From Octopus sinensis (taxonomy: Eukaryota): 64,000 nucleotides of DNA. Location of the stretch: positions 15,252,001-15,316,000 of the forward strand of contig NC_043004.1 of NCBI RefSeq assembly GCF_006345805.1, read 5' to 3'. The notes below the pieces were generated by a model. The model worked only from the letters and a program-made list of their open reading frames with translations. It was not told where the DNA came from and did not search any database. Shown piece by piece: positions 41,626 to 54,843 of the stretch (position 1 is its first letter; each line of letters begins with the position of its first letter). The translations under genes were made by a program, and so were the position numbers.

Positions 41626-42003
41626 TATTTTATATATATTATTATTATATATATGTATATATACATATATATATAAAATGAGCTGACATTTATCGATCAT
41701 ATGTTATTACTCATTGGAGTGTATATATATATATATATACACACACACTTATATACATATATATATTTATATGTATATGTATATATATGTATATATATGT
41801 ATATATATATATATATATATACACATATATATATATATATGTATAAATATATATACACAAATATACATATAGATATATACGTACATATCTACATACGTGT
41901 ATACATATTTACATATACTCACATGCATGATATAAAAATAACTTATATATAGTATAGATGTAATATGTAAATCCGTGTGTGTGTGAGTGTACGGATATAT
42001 ACA
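41411..42003. repeat. Near-perfect inverted duplication (41411-41595 vs 41821-42003), extending into flanking (TA)n
   Basis: By eye the arms differ by one substitution (41522) and one TA unit over ~185 bp. Confidence 0.93.
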
Positions 42004-42009
42004 TATATA

Positions 42010-42065
<56 letters not shown>

Positions 42066-42081
42066 TATATATATATGTATA

Positions 42082-42425
42082 TATACTCAAAGGAGTAATA
42101 ACAGTCGATCGATAATTGTCAACTCATTACAGCTGTTTCTCGCGCACCCTTTTCATAGAAGAATGAGAACATTACTGCATTACAAAAAAACCGTAATCGA
42201 TGAAGCATAATTTTACAAGCAACAGAATATCCCAAGAATACAGCAGGGACAGAATACAGCCGAAGTCTGTTGAGGCCATCTATGACATGTTTGTAAAATT
42301 ACGCTTCATCGGACGATTACGCTTTTTTTTTAATGCAGTAATGTTCTCATTCTTTTATTAAGAAGATGCGTACAAAACAGTTGTAATAAGCTGACAATTA
42401 TCCATCATATGTTATTATTCACTTC
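42082..42425. mobile_element. Fold-back element (~135-bp arms) with HHR-like motif at 42278-42317 (-)
   Basis: agaatgagaacattactgcatta...gatgaagcataattttacaa pairs with ttgtaaaattacgcttcatc...taatgcagtaatgttctcattct. A third, inverted copy of the terminus lies at 41677-41725. Confidence 0.82.
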
Positions 42426-42624
42426 ATTATAATTCACTTAGGAGATTTACGACTTGTCGGATAACCATCTTTTATCTATGCACCCGTTTGATTATTATTT
42501 TATTCTGGTAGACCTCCATAGAAACTTATTTCAAAATTCTTTGGTTGAACTATGTTAATTGCTTGGGTAAGAAACCTAGCTGTATGTACTACATCGTACA
42601 TACATCTAAAGCCAAATTTTTGCA

Positions 42625-42734
42625 GCAGCCCTCAAAATCTATTGTGATTTCTCCAATCTATTTTGTTACATAGAACCCACCAAACGTCTTATGTGGATTC
42701 TCAGAGGCATATGGATACTGCTTGAGAACCACTA
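42625..42734. mobile_element. Possible hAT-type MITE end fragment
   Basis: Ends in ttgagaaccacta, the reverse complement of the CAGTGGTTCTCAA-type terminus of Charlie-like hAT MITEs. Partner TIR not found. Confidence 0.3.
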
Positions 42735-43630
42735 CGCTAGAGCATACCAAGAACGTACTATTCAACGTAACGCGTGCGTTGACCAGCCCCTAGGCACATA
42801 ATAATCATAGGAATGGTTTTCTCTCTGTACACATTGGGAATATCCAATTTGATACTTACGAGCCATAGGGTGGAACCACACGTTTATCCAACCCTACCTG
42901 GTGCATATCATATCATACTAACATATTTACATATTTATTTATTATTGAAGCATAAATTTATAAACGTTTCCTCATAAATGTTTTTTTTTTTTATTGTAGG
43001 TTCGCTTCTCTATTTTCAGGCTTCTATCAAATCCTCTGCAGTGCAGGTTCCTAAGAAAGGAAGCAGTGTTTTTTATTGATTGGAATATAAAAAGAATTTG
43101 AATTTTCTCAATGAAAGAAATATGCAACTATATTTAAATAGAATTCATTACTGTTGAATCCTAAATTCAGTGGTGAGTAACATGAGATTATTATTATTAT
43201 TATTATTATTCTTTACTATGAGCTATCATTTATTCCACTGTTGTATATTTTAAGTTAAGCATGATATATGCGTGTGTGTATAAAGATGCTACAAGTCATC
43301 CGGTTCAACTTATATTTCACAACACGCATGCCAAAACGGAAATTGACATCATGCTGCCATAGATAAAGCAAAACCACGCACCTAATCACCTTGATTTCAA
43401 GTATGCAGGATTTTCAAGTGTTTAGTAAGACACAATCAAATGTATGTAGTATATAGCTATGTATATACATACATATATATATATATAGATAGATAGATAT
43501 ATTCATACATATATACATATATATATATATATGTGTGTGTGTGTCTGTGTCTGTGTGTCTGTGTGAATATAATATATATATACAAACACATATTTATATA
43601 TAAATATATACATAAAACTACTTACGTATG

Positions 43631-43681
<51 letters not shown>

Positions 43682-43852
43682 AAGATTGTACTTACATGTT
43701 TATTCATATGTATATGTATGTCTATGTATAGTCATACAGATGCAATGTATACCTATGTGCGTCGGTTTATCATACACGTACATATATGCATGAGTGAATA
43801 TGCATGTATTTGGGTATATATATATATATATATATACTCAAATACATACATG

Positions 43853-44216
43853 CACCGTCCAAGCGTGATCGTTGCCAGAGCAGCCAACTGGCTTCCGTGC
43901 CGGTGGCACGTAAAAAAGCACCATTCGAGCGTGATCGTTACCAACGTCGCCTTACTGGCACCTCTGCCGGTGGCATGAGTAAAAAGATTCGAGTGAGGTC
44001 ATTTCCAGTACCGCCTGACTGGTCCCCGTGCCAGAGGCACGTAAAAAGCACCCATTACACTCTCGGAGTTGTTGGCGTTAGGAAGAGCATCCATCTGTAG
44101 AAACTCTGCCAGATCAAGATTGGAGCCTTGTGCAGCTATCTGGTACGCCAGCCCTCAGTCAAAATCGTCCAACCCATGCTAGCATGGAAAGCGGACGTTA
44201 AACGATGATGATGATA
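43853..44216 (+). mobile_element. SINE family C 3' portion with three internal ~65-bp tandem units and a (GAT)n tail
   Basis: Units start at 43862, 43928 and 43992 (agcgtgatcgttgccag...ggtggcacgtaaaaagcacc). Followed by ggcgttaggaagagcatcca...cccatgctagcatggaaagcggacgttaaacgatgatgatgat. Confidence 0.85.
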
Positions 44217-44246
44217 TATATATATATTATATATATATATATATGA

Positions 44247-44479
44247 AGGGTGACCCAAAAGTACGTTTACATTTATCACGTTGGCACTTAAAATTTGTTT
44301 TAAACCATTTTATTATATTTAAATTTCTATCTTACAAACTGAAAAGAGAGCTTGACAAAATTAACTAAATTAGCATAGAATAAGGGTTTCCTTTTTTTCA
44401 TAAGTAGGACCTAAGCTGATAATATATGAATGCGAAAGAGATAGTTGAACAACTGTCACCCTACGTTTGGCCGCATCCT
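44247..44479. mobile_element. Possible degenerate Tc1/mariner-type MITE between two (TA)n tracts
   Basis: Weak TIR pair agggtgacccaaaagta / tacgtttggccgcatcct. Confidence 0.3.
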
Positions 44480-46043
44480 ATATATATATATATATACACA
44501 CACATATACAGCCCTGCAAAGAATGTGTTACGTGATGCATTACAATTTACATTCTAAAATCTAGATTTTCAAATGTTTTCCTCGAAATATGTAACTGGGT
44601 GAAATACTTATCGGGGTCGATAGATTCAACCAAAGACTTAAATGTGTTGCACCCGTATCTCAGCTGTCCAAAGACTGAAATTAGTAGTTTTCAAATACTG
44701 TACGTGTTTCTGTTATGTGTAATTATGATTCGAACACTGATAAAGCAATTTCACTTTACCCCCTCATTAAGTGCATTATATAAGGCAAATATTTGATCGC
44801 TAGACTAGTCTAAGCAATGATAACAACAATAATAATAATACGATCAACAGCGGTGTTGGGAGCAAACAGTTGCCTTTATGTCTAACCCCAGTGCTATCTC
44901 GTCATGAACTATGAGATATCATAAAGTCTATGTTATCAAAATAGAAAGGTGTGTCTGTGTCTAGTTGTGATTTTAATTATCCTATGATGATGAATTATAT
45001 TTCAACTTAGATGATAAGTATTGCACACTGAATATACACTGTCAGAATTATAGTCATTGCGAATAAATCACTGATTTGTTCAATGTCCCGTATACGACAA
45101 GTTTTGCGTGTATATCTGTATATTAGCGTTGATGTGGATATCATACTGTGCAGATATTTCTAGAAATAAACATAAATGTGTGTGCATGTGTGCGTGTGTG
45201 TCCGTGTACGTTAGTTCTCTGTTCTCTCTTTCTCCCTTTCTATCATTCTCTTTTTTTCTCTCTAGCATATTTTCTCTCTCTCACTTTATTCACAAGCATT
45301 ACTAATATTGACTTAAAGATAATTACACAGATAAACACACGAATATAGCTCATTTACACATTAACGCCCGCATTATGTTTCTATGCAATATTGACACCCG
45401 TATATAAGATGATTAAATTTGGTAGCATACTTTTGCCATCATAAGTAATATCAGGAAATATGACAGACAACAATTGAAATTAAACTTTTATAAAATGAGC
45501 CGTGCTCTTTGCTGTGTTTCTTGTTTCTGCCCCTGCTAATCCCTGCTAAAACAATTTATTGTAGAAAACTTTAACCATACATTTGAATGAAGCCCTCTCG
45601 ATTTCACTTAACAAGTTCCAAGTATTATAAATATGATTGCTTAGATTTTATCGCTGTTAAGAAAATAACGATTTCTTTCAGTTTGAAAGGAAAGCAAATG
45701 TCGAAAGGATGAAATGTTTACAACTTTCCTTCTTTCTTTCTTTTTTGTTGTTATATCTCTTGATCAGTACACAACAATGTAAACATTTTACATCAGCTGC
45801 TCTTAAATTCATGTGTCACTGGAACCTCATCTGTAATCGTCTACGCGACTGTAAGACGCATCTCATATAATTATTTTATTCATTGATTTTAATCTATTTA
45901 AAAACTGATAACATCCTTTTTTCCAATGAGGTGTATATCAAGATATGTGCGCTTCTTTATGCACTTCTTGACCTTTTTGAATTGTTAGTCTGACGCAGCA
46001 ATGCTTATCTTTTCTTTCACCATCATGTGTGCGTTATATATAC

Positions 46044-46118
<75 letters not shown>

Positions 46119-46223
46119 TAGTGAATTCAAACACAGAACAAACACGCTCTTCTTCAGAAATAGAGGAATGTCCAAAGGAAGGGAAGACAGAGGAAGAAAA
46201 TGGCCAACGATACACACGGGCTT
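46119..46223 (-). mobile_element. Homologue of 14982-15156 keeping only the 5' half of the HHR motif
   Basis: Minus strand gtgtgtatcgttggccattttcttcctctgtcttcccttcctttggacattcctctattt-CTGAAGA-A-GAGC-gtgtttg. Flanked on both sides by microsatellites. Confidence 0.65.
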
Positions 46224-46246
46224 ATATATGTATATATACATGTGTG

Positions 46247-46281
<35 letters not shown>

Positions 46282-47384
46282 ATGTGTGTGTGTGGTGTGT
46301 GTGCGTGTGTGTGTGTGTGTGTAAGTATGTATATATATATATATGAATTTTTGGCGTAATAAAATAAAAAGCAAAGGTTGTATAGATATTAGAGCATTTA
46401 TAAATAGGTCTTATATACACACGCTCACATAGAACCGACGTTGAACCATTTATTCGTATTATTACCCAATCTGGAACTCCACTATGGTCTATCTATAGCA
46501 CTTATTCAGCATTACCTGACACCTTTGAGTCTCAATGACACCATTATCTCTTATAATCTCAACTTCTCGCTTATATATATATATATATATATATATATTC
46601 ATATTTATATGCGTGCTTGTTTTATATTTGCACTGTGAGTGTGGGCATACTTATATATATACTTATAACCGCAGTTATAGTACTGATATCACTTACGTTT
46701 TGTTTGTTGATACAATTATATTACTTCTTTGCGTTCGTCTTGAAAGTGCGCTTGACACTTACCTGAATTTATTTAGTTGCTAAGCGGCAGAAGCAAAACA
46801 GTTTCAATAATTTATCGTCGTATCGTATTATGGATATAGTGTAAAACCAAGAATAGCCTTAATTAAATGCCGCGACAAAGAATCAATACTGCTGCTGCCT
46901 AGTGAACTTAAATCAAGTTCATCGTATGTAGTTTGTCATCAAGAAAGTAGGAATAGATATAATTTTCATCTATATACATCAGTAATATTGACAATTTATG
47001 AGTGATTCATAGTACATTAAACGTCTCCATTTCAATTTCAATTCCTCTTTTGGAGATGGATACTGAACTCAAATTTAACATAACAAGAAAAAAATATTAA
47101 ATAATGCTGATATAGTTTAAAACTAAGAACCAACAAACTTAATAATGCGAATAAATGCTTCAACGTTGGTTCTATGTCAGCGTGTGTATATAAGAAGCTA
47201 TAAGACCTTCTATCTATAAATCCTCTAATATCTATACAGCCTTGGTTTTTCTATCTTATTATGCAAAAAATTCTGATATATATAAGAACTGTTTAAATTA
47301 TTATTTTGGTAAGTTTGTATTAACTCCATTCTAGAGAAGTTAAACAACTAAGATTGTAAGTTATGAACAATATTTTAATATCCT

Positions 47385-47580
47385 CTAAGCAGTAAGGAGG
47401 CGTACCAGGAGAATAATTAGTACGCCGTGCAAAAAGCTTAATGGCATTTTGTCCGTCTTTACGTTCTGGGTTCATGTTCCGTCGATAAAATAAGTACCAA
47501 CTGAACACTGAAGTCGTTTAAATCAGCTAGCTCCATCCTCCGAAATAGCTAGCTTTGTATCAAAATTTGAAAACAATACT
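47385..47580 (+). mobile_element. SINE family A copy, internally deleted
   Basis: ggcattttgtccgtctttacgttctgggttca...gtcgataaaataagtaccaactgaacactg. Confidence 0.75.
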
Positions 47581-48726
47581 CCTATAAACAATTCCACACA
47601 AATAATTAATAATGCTTGTAATGATTATCTTAAGTATTATAGTGAGTCTTTGGGCTCTGAGTTCAACTAGTAGCTAACTCAGTGTTACATTCTATATTTC
47701 ATGGTTTGTTAAAATAAATACTAGCCAAATACAGAAATTGATTTAATTTAATTTCCGATCATACAAAATATCTGGCCTTGAGCCAATTTCAGAAATCAAT
47801 ACTCCCTTACTATAAAGGAATGAATTTCTCAGAAATGGTAGAAAGAAGTATTATATGTGGTATTTCAGCTGCAACATGAACACGAATAGCTTTTAAGAAA
47901 AGCAGAACCCATAACAAAAAATAACAATATTACTCCGCTCCACAATCCCTAACATCTCGAAATCGATCTCCCATAGCTTTTATAACGGCAATTGTATCGA
48001 CAATTAAAGAATCTCTACGTGAACAGCAAAATACAACTAATACATCAACACTGGAAGTTTTATTAACGATAACAGTTACAATAAAAAAAATAGAAAATTA
48101 TGTCTTCATAAATATACAGCTTGCTATTTTCCATTTGTAAATTCAACAATCTTTCATTTAATACAGAAAGCCACGCTCCATTTTGCATTCACAATGGGGA
48201 TATCTCAAAAGCAAAGTTATTCAACAAAACAGATCGATGATAACAAAGCACCCACATCAATTTATATTATCCGTACCTAATAAATCTTCATGTACACAAT
48301 GAAATATTATTTCCCCAGTCCCTGATATCTATAGATATAAAGTACATGCGTCGTAAGTGAGATACAATAGTAGCATTTCGGAGAAAATCTTCTGAGACTA
48401 TTGACGGATCATTGGAATAAAAATTGCTGCTCTCTGTGCATTACAAATCATAATTTGCAACGTGTTGTAAAGTAAACTTGGCATGTTTATATTTATCCTA
48501 TATCATACGAAATTCAAATGGTACTTTTTGCTATATTACATATACGGGAGGAGCGGCGTGAGATTTAGTATAAGCTGGAGTCAGCTGAAAAGTGAAGTAA
48601 AGAAAGAAGTCAAAGAACCCCTGAAGCTGAAAAGTACTGATGGATGGCTGATAAAATACTAGATGTTACGTAGTTTATATACGTTAAAACATAACAAACG
48701 CTAGCGAAATACAAACTTCTGCTATC

Positions 48727-48728
<2 letters not shown>

Positions 48729-48792
<64 letters not shown>

Positions 48793-48892
48793 GTGTGTGT
48801 GTGTGTGTGTGTGTGTGTGCATGTGTGTGTGTCTGTGTGTCGGTTTACTTATATGCTTATATGCATGTGTATATATATATATATATATGTAT
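48729..48892. repeat. (CA)n(TA)n(TG)n block
   Basis: Direct. Confidence 0.93.
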
Positions 48893-49523
48893 GAGACGAA
48901 ATAGGAGCTGAGAGAAATATGTAGATAGACAGATAGAGAGAGAGGGGGGACCCACATCTCATGTGCACACATACTCAGGTTCTACAGCAGAGATTTTGCA
49001 AGGTGGAACATGAACGGCTTTGATCACCATCAGGTATTCATTGATCCTTCTTTGCTCTCTCGTCACCACCCCGACGTGGCAGCTGAACCGCTTCTCTTAG
49101 ACACTGAATATAATCAGAGCTCTAATTTATCCTTAGTTCTCCATAGATGTTCATCTCTAGTTTTAATGAGCCGTACGCTTTCACTGGATAGCTGGTGTAT
49201 ATAATTGTCTGTGAATATTTCGAATCCAATAGAAAATCTATTTTTTTGTTTCAACCATGTAGGAATTTTCATTGAAATCTGAAACTTGTACCACTTATTT
49301 TAAATTTATATATGCGCCTGGGTCCTGGTGTACGTTTGAAAAGCAAACATTCTTGTGAATAGCATTTTAAATGGATTTGGCAATTCTTTGATCACTCATG
49401 AAAATATATTAGCTCGCGGCATATTAGGACAGTTGCTAAAGATTACACAATCGACATTCATTTTGTATCACCAATTGGATAGGTTCCTTATCTCTTCCTC
49501 TTTTCATGATGAAATATTTAGTA

Positions 49524-49944
49524 GCAATAGATGAGGTATTTAGTAGGTGCACCTGAACAGCAAAATACGCACTTCTAAGTGTGAAGAAATGTAGATTCCA
49601 CTTTCGTATTTTGGCATCCATAAATTATGTATTTCAAGACAAGAACACTCTACTATTTATTGTCATCAATACAGCATATCAAGTTTTACTGAGTAAATAA
49701 TACTATATCATAGAACATACGTTACATTTAAGGCAATAGATGAGGTATTTAGTAGGTGCACCTGAACAGCAAAATACGCACTTCTAAGTGTGAAGAAATG
49801 TAGATTCCACTTTCGTATTTTGGCATCCATAAATTATGTATTTCAAGACAAGAACACTCTACTATTTATTGTCATCAATACAGCATATCAAGTTTTACTG
49901 AGTAAATAATACTATATCATAGAACATACGTTACATTTAAGGCA
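49524..49944 (+). repeat. Perfect 209-bp tandem duplication with GCA junction microhomology
   Basis: Copies start at 49524 and 49733 (gcaatagatgaggtatttagtagg...gttacatttaag). No difference seen by eye. Confidence 0.95.
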
Positions 49945-49984
49945 TCGCATTGTTCTTTGCTACACTTGCCGCAGGCTATATACT

Positions 49985-50201
49985 GCTTCAAAATTTTGAC
50001 ACAAGGCCAGCGATCTCGGTAAGGGATCGCTGATATCAATTATTTCAACCCTCTCATCATTGGTATTTTAATATATTAACCCTGAGATGAGAGGAAAGGC
50101 AAAGTCGACCTCGGTGGTATTTGAACTCAGAACATAGAGATGGACAAAATATTTCTAAAGCTTTTTCCCAGCGTGCTAACAATCCTGCAAGCTCTTCGCC
50201 T
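49985..50201 (-). mobile_element. SINE family A copy
   Basis: gaaaggcaaagtcgacctcggtggtatttgaactcagaacatagagatggac...cagcgtgctaacaatcctgcaagctcttcgcct. Confidence 0.88.
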
Positions 50202-51842
50202 ACTTTCGGCTACATATCAAATTGTATACAAAGTACTATTTGTAAAATATTTTTCAAAATTTGAATTAATGAATGTTAAATTGAATATTCTGTAATTTTA
50301 AATTCTAACTGCAGTCGTCAAATGAACAATAACTGAGGGAGTATATCGCATGGATATATGCACCTTTACGAATATATTGAGATTATTTAGGTGGAACCTG
50401 GATAAAGATTTGAATTATAGCAGGCACTTCTATTTTTCTTAAACTGATATAGGAAAATATTTTTTTAAATACTATTTCATGACTCCAAACCAAGAAATTA
50501 TACAAGTATGAACATTGAAAACTTCGTAAGATTGGAGATTTTACCGGTCAACACATAATGTAAATCAACATGTCAGTATTGATTTATAACAGTCTTAGTA
50601 AGGTAAACATTTATGTAGTTGGTAATATATCAGCAAAATACATAAAAGAAATATGGGCCTCCTGCACGAGCTTCTGACACATTTCGACAAAGTCCATTAA
50701 TTTAGTGCCTGAGTGCTTATATGTACATTTAAACATACATACACATGCACACGTACACACACATACACACACACGCAAATACACACTCATATATTCATAT
50801 ATACAAACATATGCTTATATGTATATATAATACATGTCTGCGTACATACACTGTGGTTTTATCGTGTGTGTAAATACATAGACAAATATATATGTATGAG
50901 TATATGTATTTTCGTATGTAGACATCCTATCTTTGTGTGGCTATATCCTTATATATGTGCCTCACTATGCGTGATAGTAAACACATTCATTGATTTTAAA
51001 GGTGACAAGTATGGAGTTTGGAAAAAAAGAGGGAAAAAATCTGTCGATATAATTGAACGTAACTTATATATGGAAGGCAACAATGATACAGAGCCTGTGG
51101 ATACGGCATTGAGCATTCTATTATTAAATGTTTTAATAATAGTTTCACGGTAGATTATTGATTTTTCTTCCCTTCCATATAATAAACACTTTAGAATTGA
51201 AATACTTTTGCACATTATTTATGGAGGAAGATGTTTCAATTTGATTTTGTGTTTATTTTCATTTTTGTTAATTCTTTTTTATCTCTTGATTTTTTTAACT
51301 TTATTTTTTTATTCGTTTATTTATATATTTGCTTTAAATTCCTTCGGGATATCTTTTATGAATTGATCACAATTACTCACCAAAATTATGGAAACTAAAG
51401 TTTATAGTTTGCCAAGAGGTATTTTGTTATTGTTTGAGATATTTTGCCTCAGATTTGTGTATATTAATTTTTTTATATATATATAAAGACACCAACAATA
51501 GCAAAACGAAAACCTATCAAATAACAGAAATAACCTATTTTCTCTCAAACACATCTTAATATATGATTCTCTTCAATCCTTTCGCTAAAGAAAGATACAG
51601 AAAATCTTTCATGTGTTTTATGACCGCCAATATGTGTTTCTAAAGGAAAGTGGCTGCGTGTGAAAATGTTCGGAAATTTATGTACCTTTGTCCATACACT
51701 TGTAACTCAAATGCTGATCTTAAGTACACGCACTCGCGCACACGCACGCACACACATTTACACATATATGTATATTTCTATGAATACATACATATACGTG
51801 TGAGTGTGTGAGTGTTTGTGTATATATACACACACATATATA

Positions 51843-51877
<35 letters not shown>

Positions 51878-54739
51878 CAGCAAGTGATTTACCTATGTAG
51901 CATTAATATTTGTATGTTACGAGTATTTGTTTTTAGTTAGGTATATAAGTAAATAATATGTAACTAGATACATTATTGGGTGTATGCTTATATATATATA
52001 TATGCATCGATACACACGCGCATGTACAACTATGCACATACACTCATATATGAGTGTGAAATATGTTACTACTCATCGTATCAAAATATTTCTATCTGTA
52101 ATTGCTTATAGCAGCCCAAATGATATTTGTTAGTTATCTGAAAGGATACATTTGTTAATAACACTGAACGGTTTCACAGATACGTAAATGCTTCATTTAA
52201 CCTCACCCTTACAATTGCTCTCTAAAGTTAATCTCTGTAGTGTTCTGAATTTCCAAATCAATAAGTAGTGCGCTGTTCATCCGAACCACGCTTTTGCTTA
52301 TTTCTGTTTACACTTTGTGATATGCTTGTTCATGTGCCTGTTCTCTGCCAGAATTTATAGGATGTCGATAATAGCAGAGAGAAAGCTGTCATTATTATAC
52401 GACATAATTATTGCATGTATCCTATGTAAAAGCTTCTTCTTTGAAAATGAAGATCGTTGTTCATTGATGATTGATATTATTTGTAATTCATTTTCTTCTG
52501 AAAGTACAATAAAGAATTCGAAATATAGTTTGCTTCACATTTTTTATGCTTCTACAGAAGTTTGGCGACAATATGACGTATCATCCTGCTACTAAGTATA
52601 GCTAAATGCATTATTCTTGTCTTAGAAAACTAGATTTGTTTCAAAATGTAATATTTCAGTAATACCATTGCAACGTTAAATTATACATAACTGTATGCAA
52701 GCTTATTTGACGCATTAAACTGCATCAATTACATATCATGAGAGAACAGGAATATTAGCAATTAAGTAGAATATAATTTTCTAGTTTCTCACGCTTTTAT
52801 AGGATATCCCGTTGCATAGAAATTACTTTACCTTCATCAGAAACGTATAATTCCGCTGATATTCACTAAGATATAGTGCACAGCACGTTAGGTATATACA
52901 GAAATTCATATATATTGGTAAAGGACATGGTTACGTTCTTCCACAGTTAATAAGCTAAGATACAAATGAATATGTTTATTAAGACTGGTTCGAAGATAGG
53001 TTTCTTTCGTGACTGCGCATAAGTTATACATGTCACGTTATTACTAGAACCTAACGCTACGAATACACACTGAGCTTTTTAACTCTTTTTCAAGCCTGTT
53101 TTCTCAAATATGTAGAGAGCACTTGACTTTTTGTTGACTTACGTTAATTTAACAAGACACGAAGTCAATTGCAAATAAATGCAATGGACGTATCTGTAAA
53201 ATATGTGTCCTGGTAGTATTACTTACGTCATCGCTGATAATATTCATTTGCACACTAAAATATTTTGTTTGTTCGATTTATTCCCTATAATAGATTATAT
53301 GCCTTACAATAGCCTCATTCTGCGATACAATTCAAATCCATTTAATCTTAAATACACAGGGAGTGCAGACAACTATAGCAGAGACAAATATTTATTTCTT
53401 TTTGTTCCATATGTCCTGTCTAGTTTTCTCAGCCATTTGTTAATCTTTTATATCCTATTCATTAATATTCATGATTTTATTTGCTCTTGTTAGCAGTGAA
53501 TTACTATTCCATGTAAGCTACTCTGTAAAAGTTAAGCTTCTATGGCTAGTTCGTAAATGCTTTATATCCTAATTACATCAATAGAATATGTAGTGCATTA
53601 TAAAAATTTATTGATTCCAGATATACATCTTGACGTTAGGCATGTCAAGTAGCTTCAGGCCAATGCAATGTCTCTGTTTAAGTAGTTAATTCATCTATAC
53701 TCAAGTTCATCTACTCAATTTATTGTGAATGTTGCTACCAAGAAATTCCATTAAACATAGAGGTATGTTATACAACAACAACAACAGCAAGGACAACGTC
53801 AACAAGAACAACAATAAAATCATGACTACTACCGTAGAAGTTTTACTGTTAATACCACAATTACTACTAAATAATAAAAATACAAAATTCATATAATTCA
53901 AATATAATAACGATAATAGTGGCAAGCATACACACACACACAAACACACACAAACACACACACAAACACACACACACATACACACACACACATACACATA
54001 CACATATATATATATATATATAAAGGTGATAGACTGAGTTGCGCACTTCCTAATGGGAAAAATACGCACACACATACCCACATACACAAACACACACATA
54101 TATATATATACAAAGAGAGAGAGTTAGGGTATATTCTGTTTAAGAATGTAGTAGACTAGATAATGCTCATCCACCTTCAGATTTACCCTGTGATATACGT
54201 ATTCCAGGTTTGTGTTTGGGCATCTGTCGTGTGTGAATATACATTTGCAAAAATTGGAGTCAACAAGAAGCAGTGCGGTTGGACATTTATTTTTTAATCA
54301 CTACACTTGATTCAACACAACGTAGTTCTCCATGTGTGCAGGTACTTGATAATGCAAGTGGTACCCTGCATTAAGAGATCTAGTTGTGTTTCGTCGGGTG
54401 ATATGTAAATATTGTCTCCGTAAGTTCAAAATCCTCGGCTTCAAGAACATCCCCTCCGTCTGTCGTGGCCTGAATTTAGTAGTAGACACTAAGCTTATCA
54501 GGATATGTTGTTACTGAAAAAACTGCTTTGAATGTGTAGATGTAGTGGGATGGTGATTCTCTTATTGTTTAAGTGGTTTCCGTTTGAAAGGGATTGCTAT
54601 CTGATTTTTATTTTACTGTTGATTTTTTCTTCATGATTGGTTACACATAAGATTGTCCTTAGCTGACCTTTAAGATTCGGCCTATATGTAGTTACTTGTT
54701 GGTTCCATATACATATACGGACCGATGCACACATCTATG

Positions 54740-54770
54740 TATATGCATACATACATATATACATACATGG

Positions 54771-54839
<69 letters not shown>
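54740..54839. repeat. (CATA)n + (TA)n microsatellite
   Basis: Direct. Confidence 0.93.
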
Positions 54840-54843
<4 letters not shown>

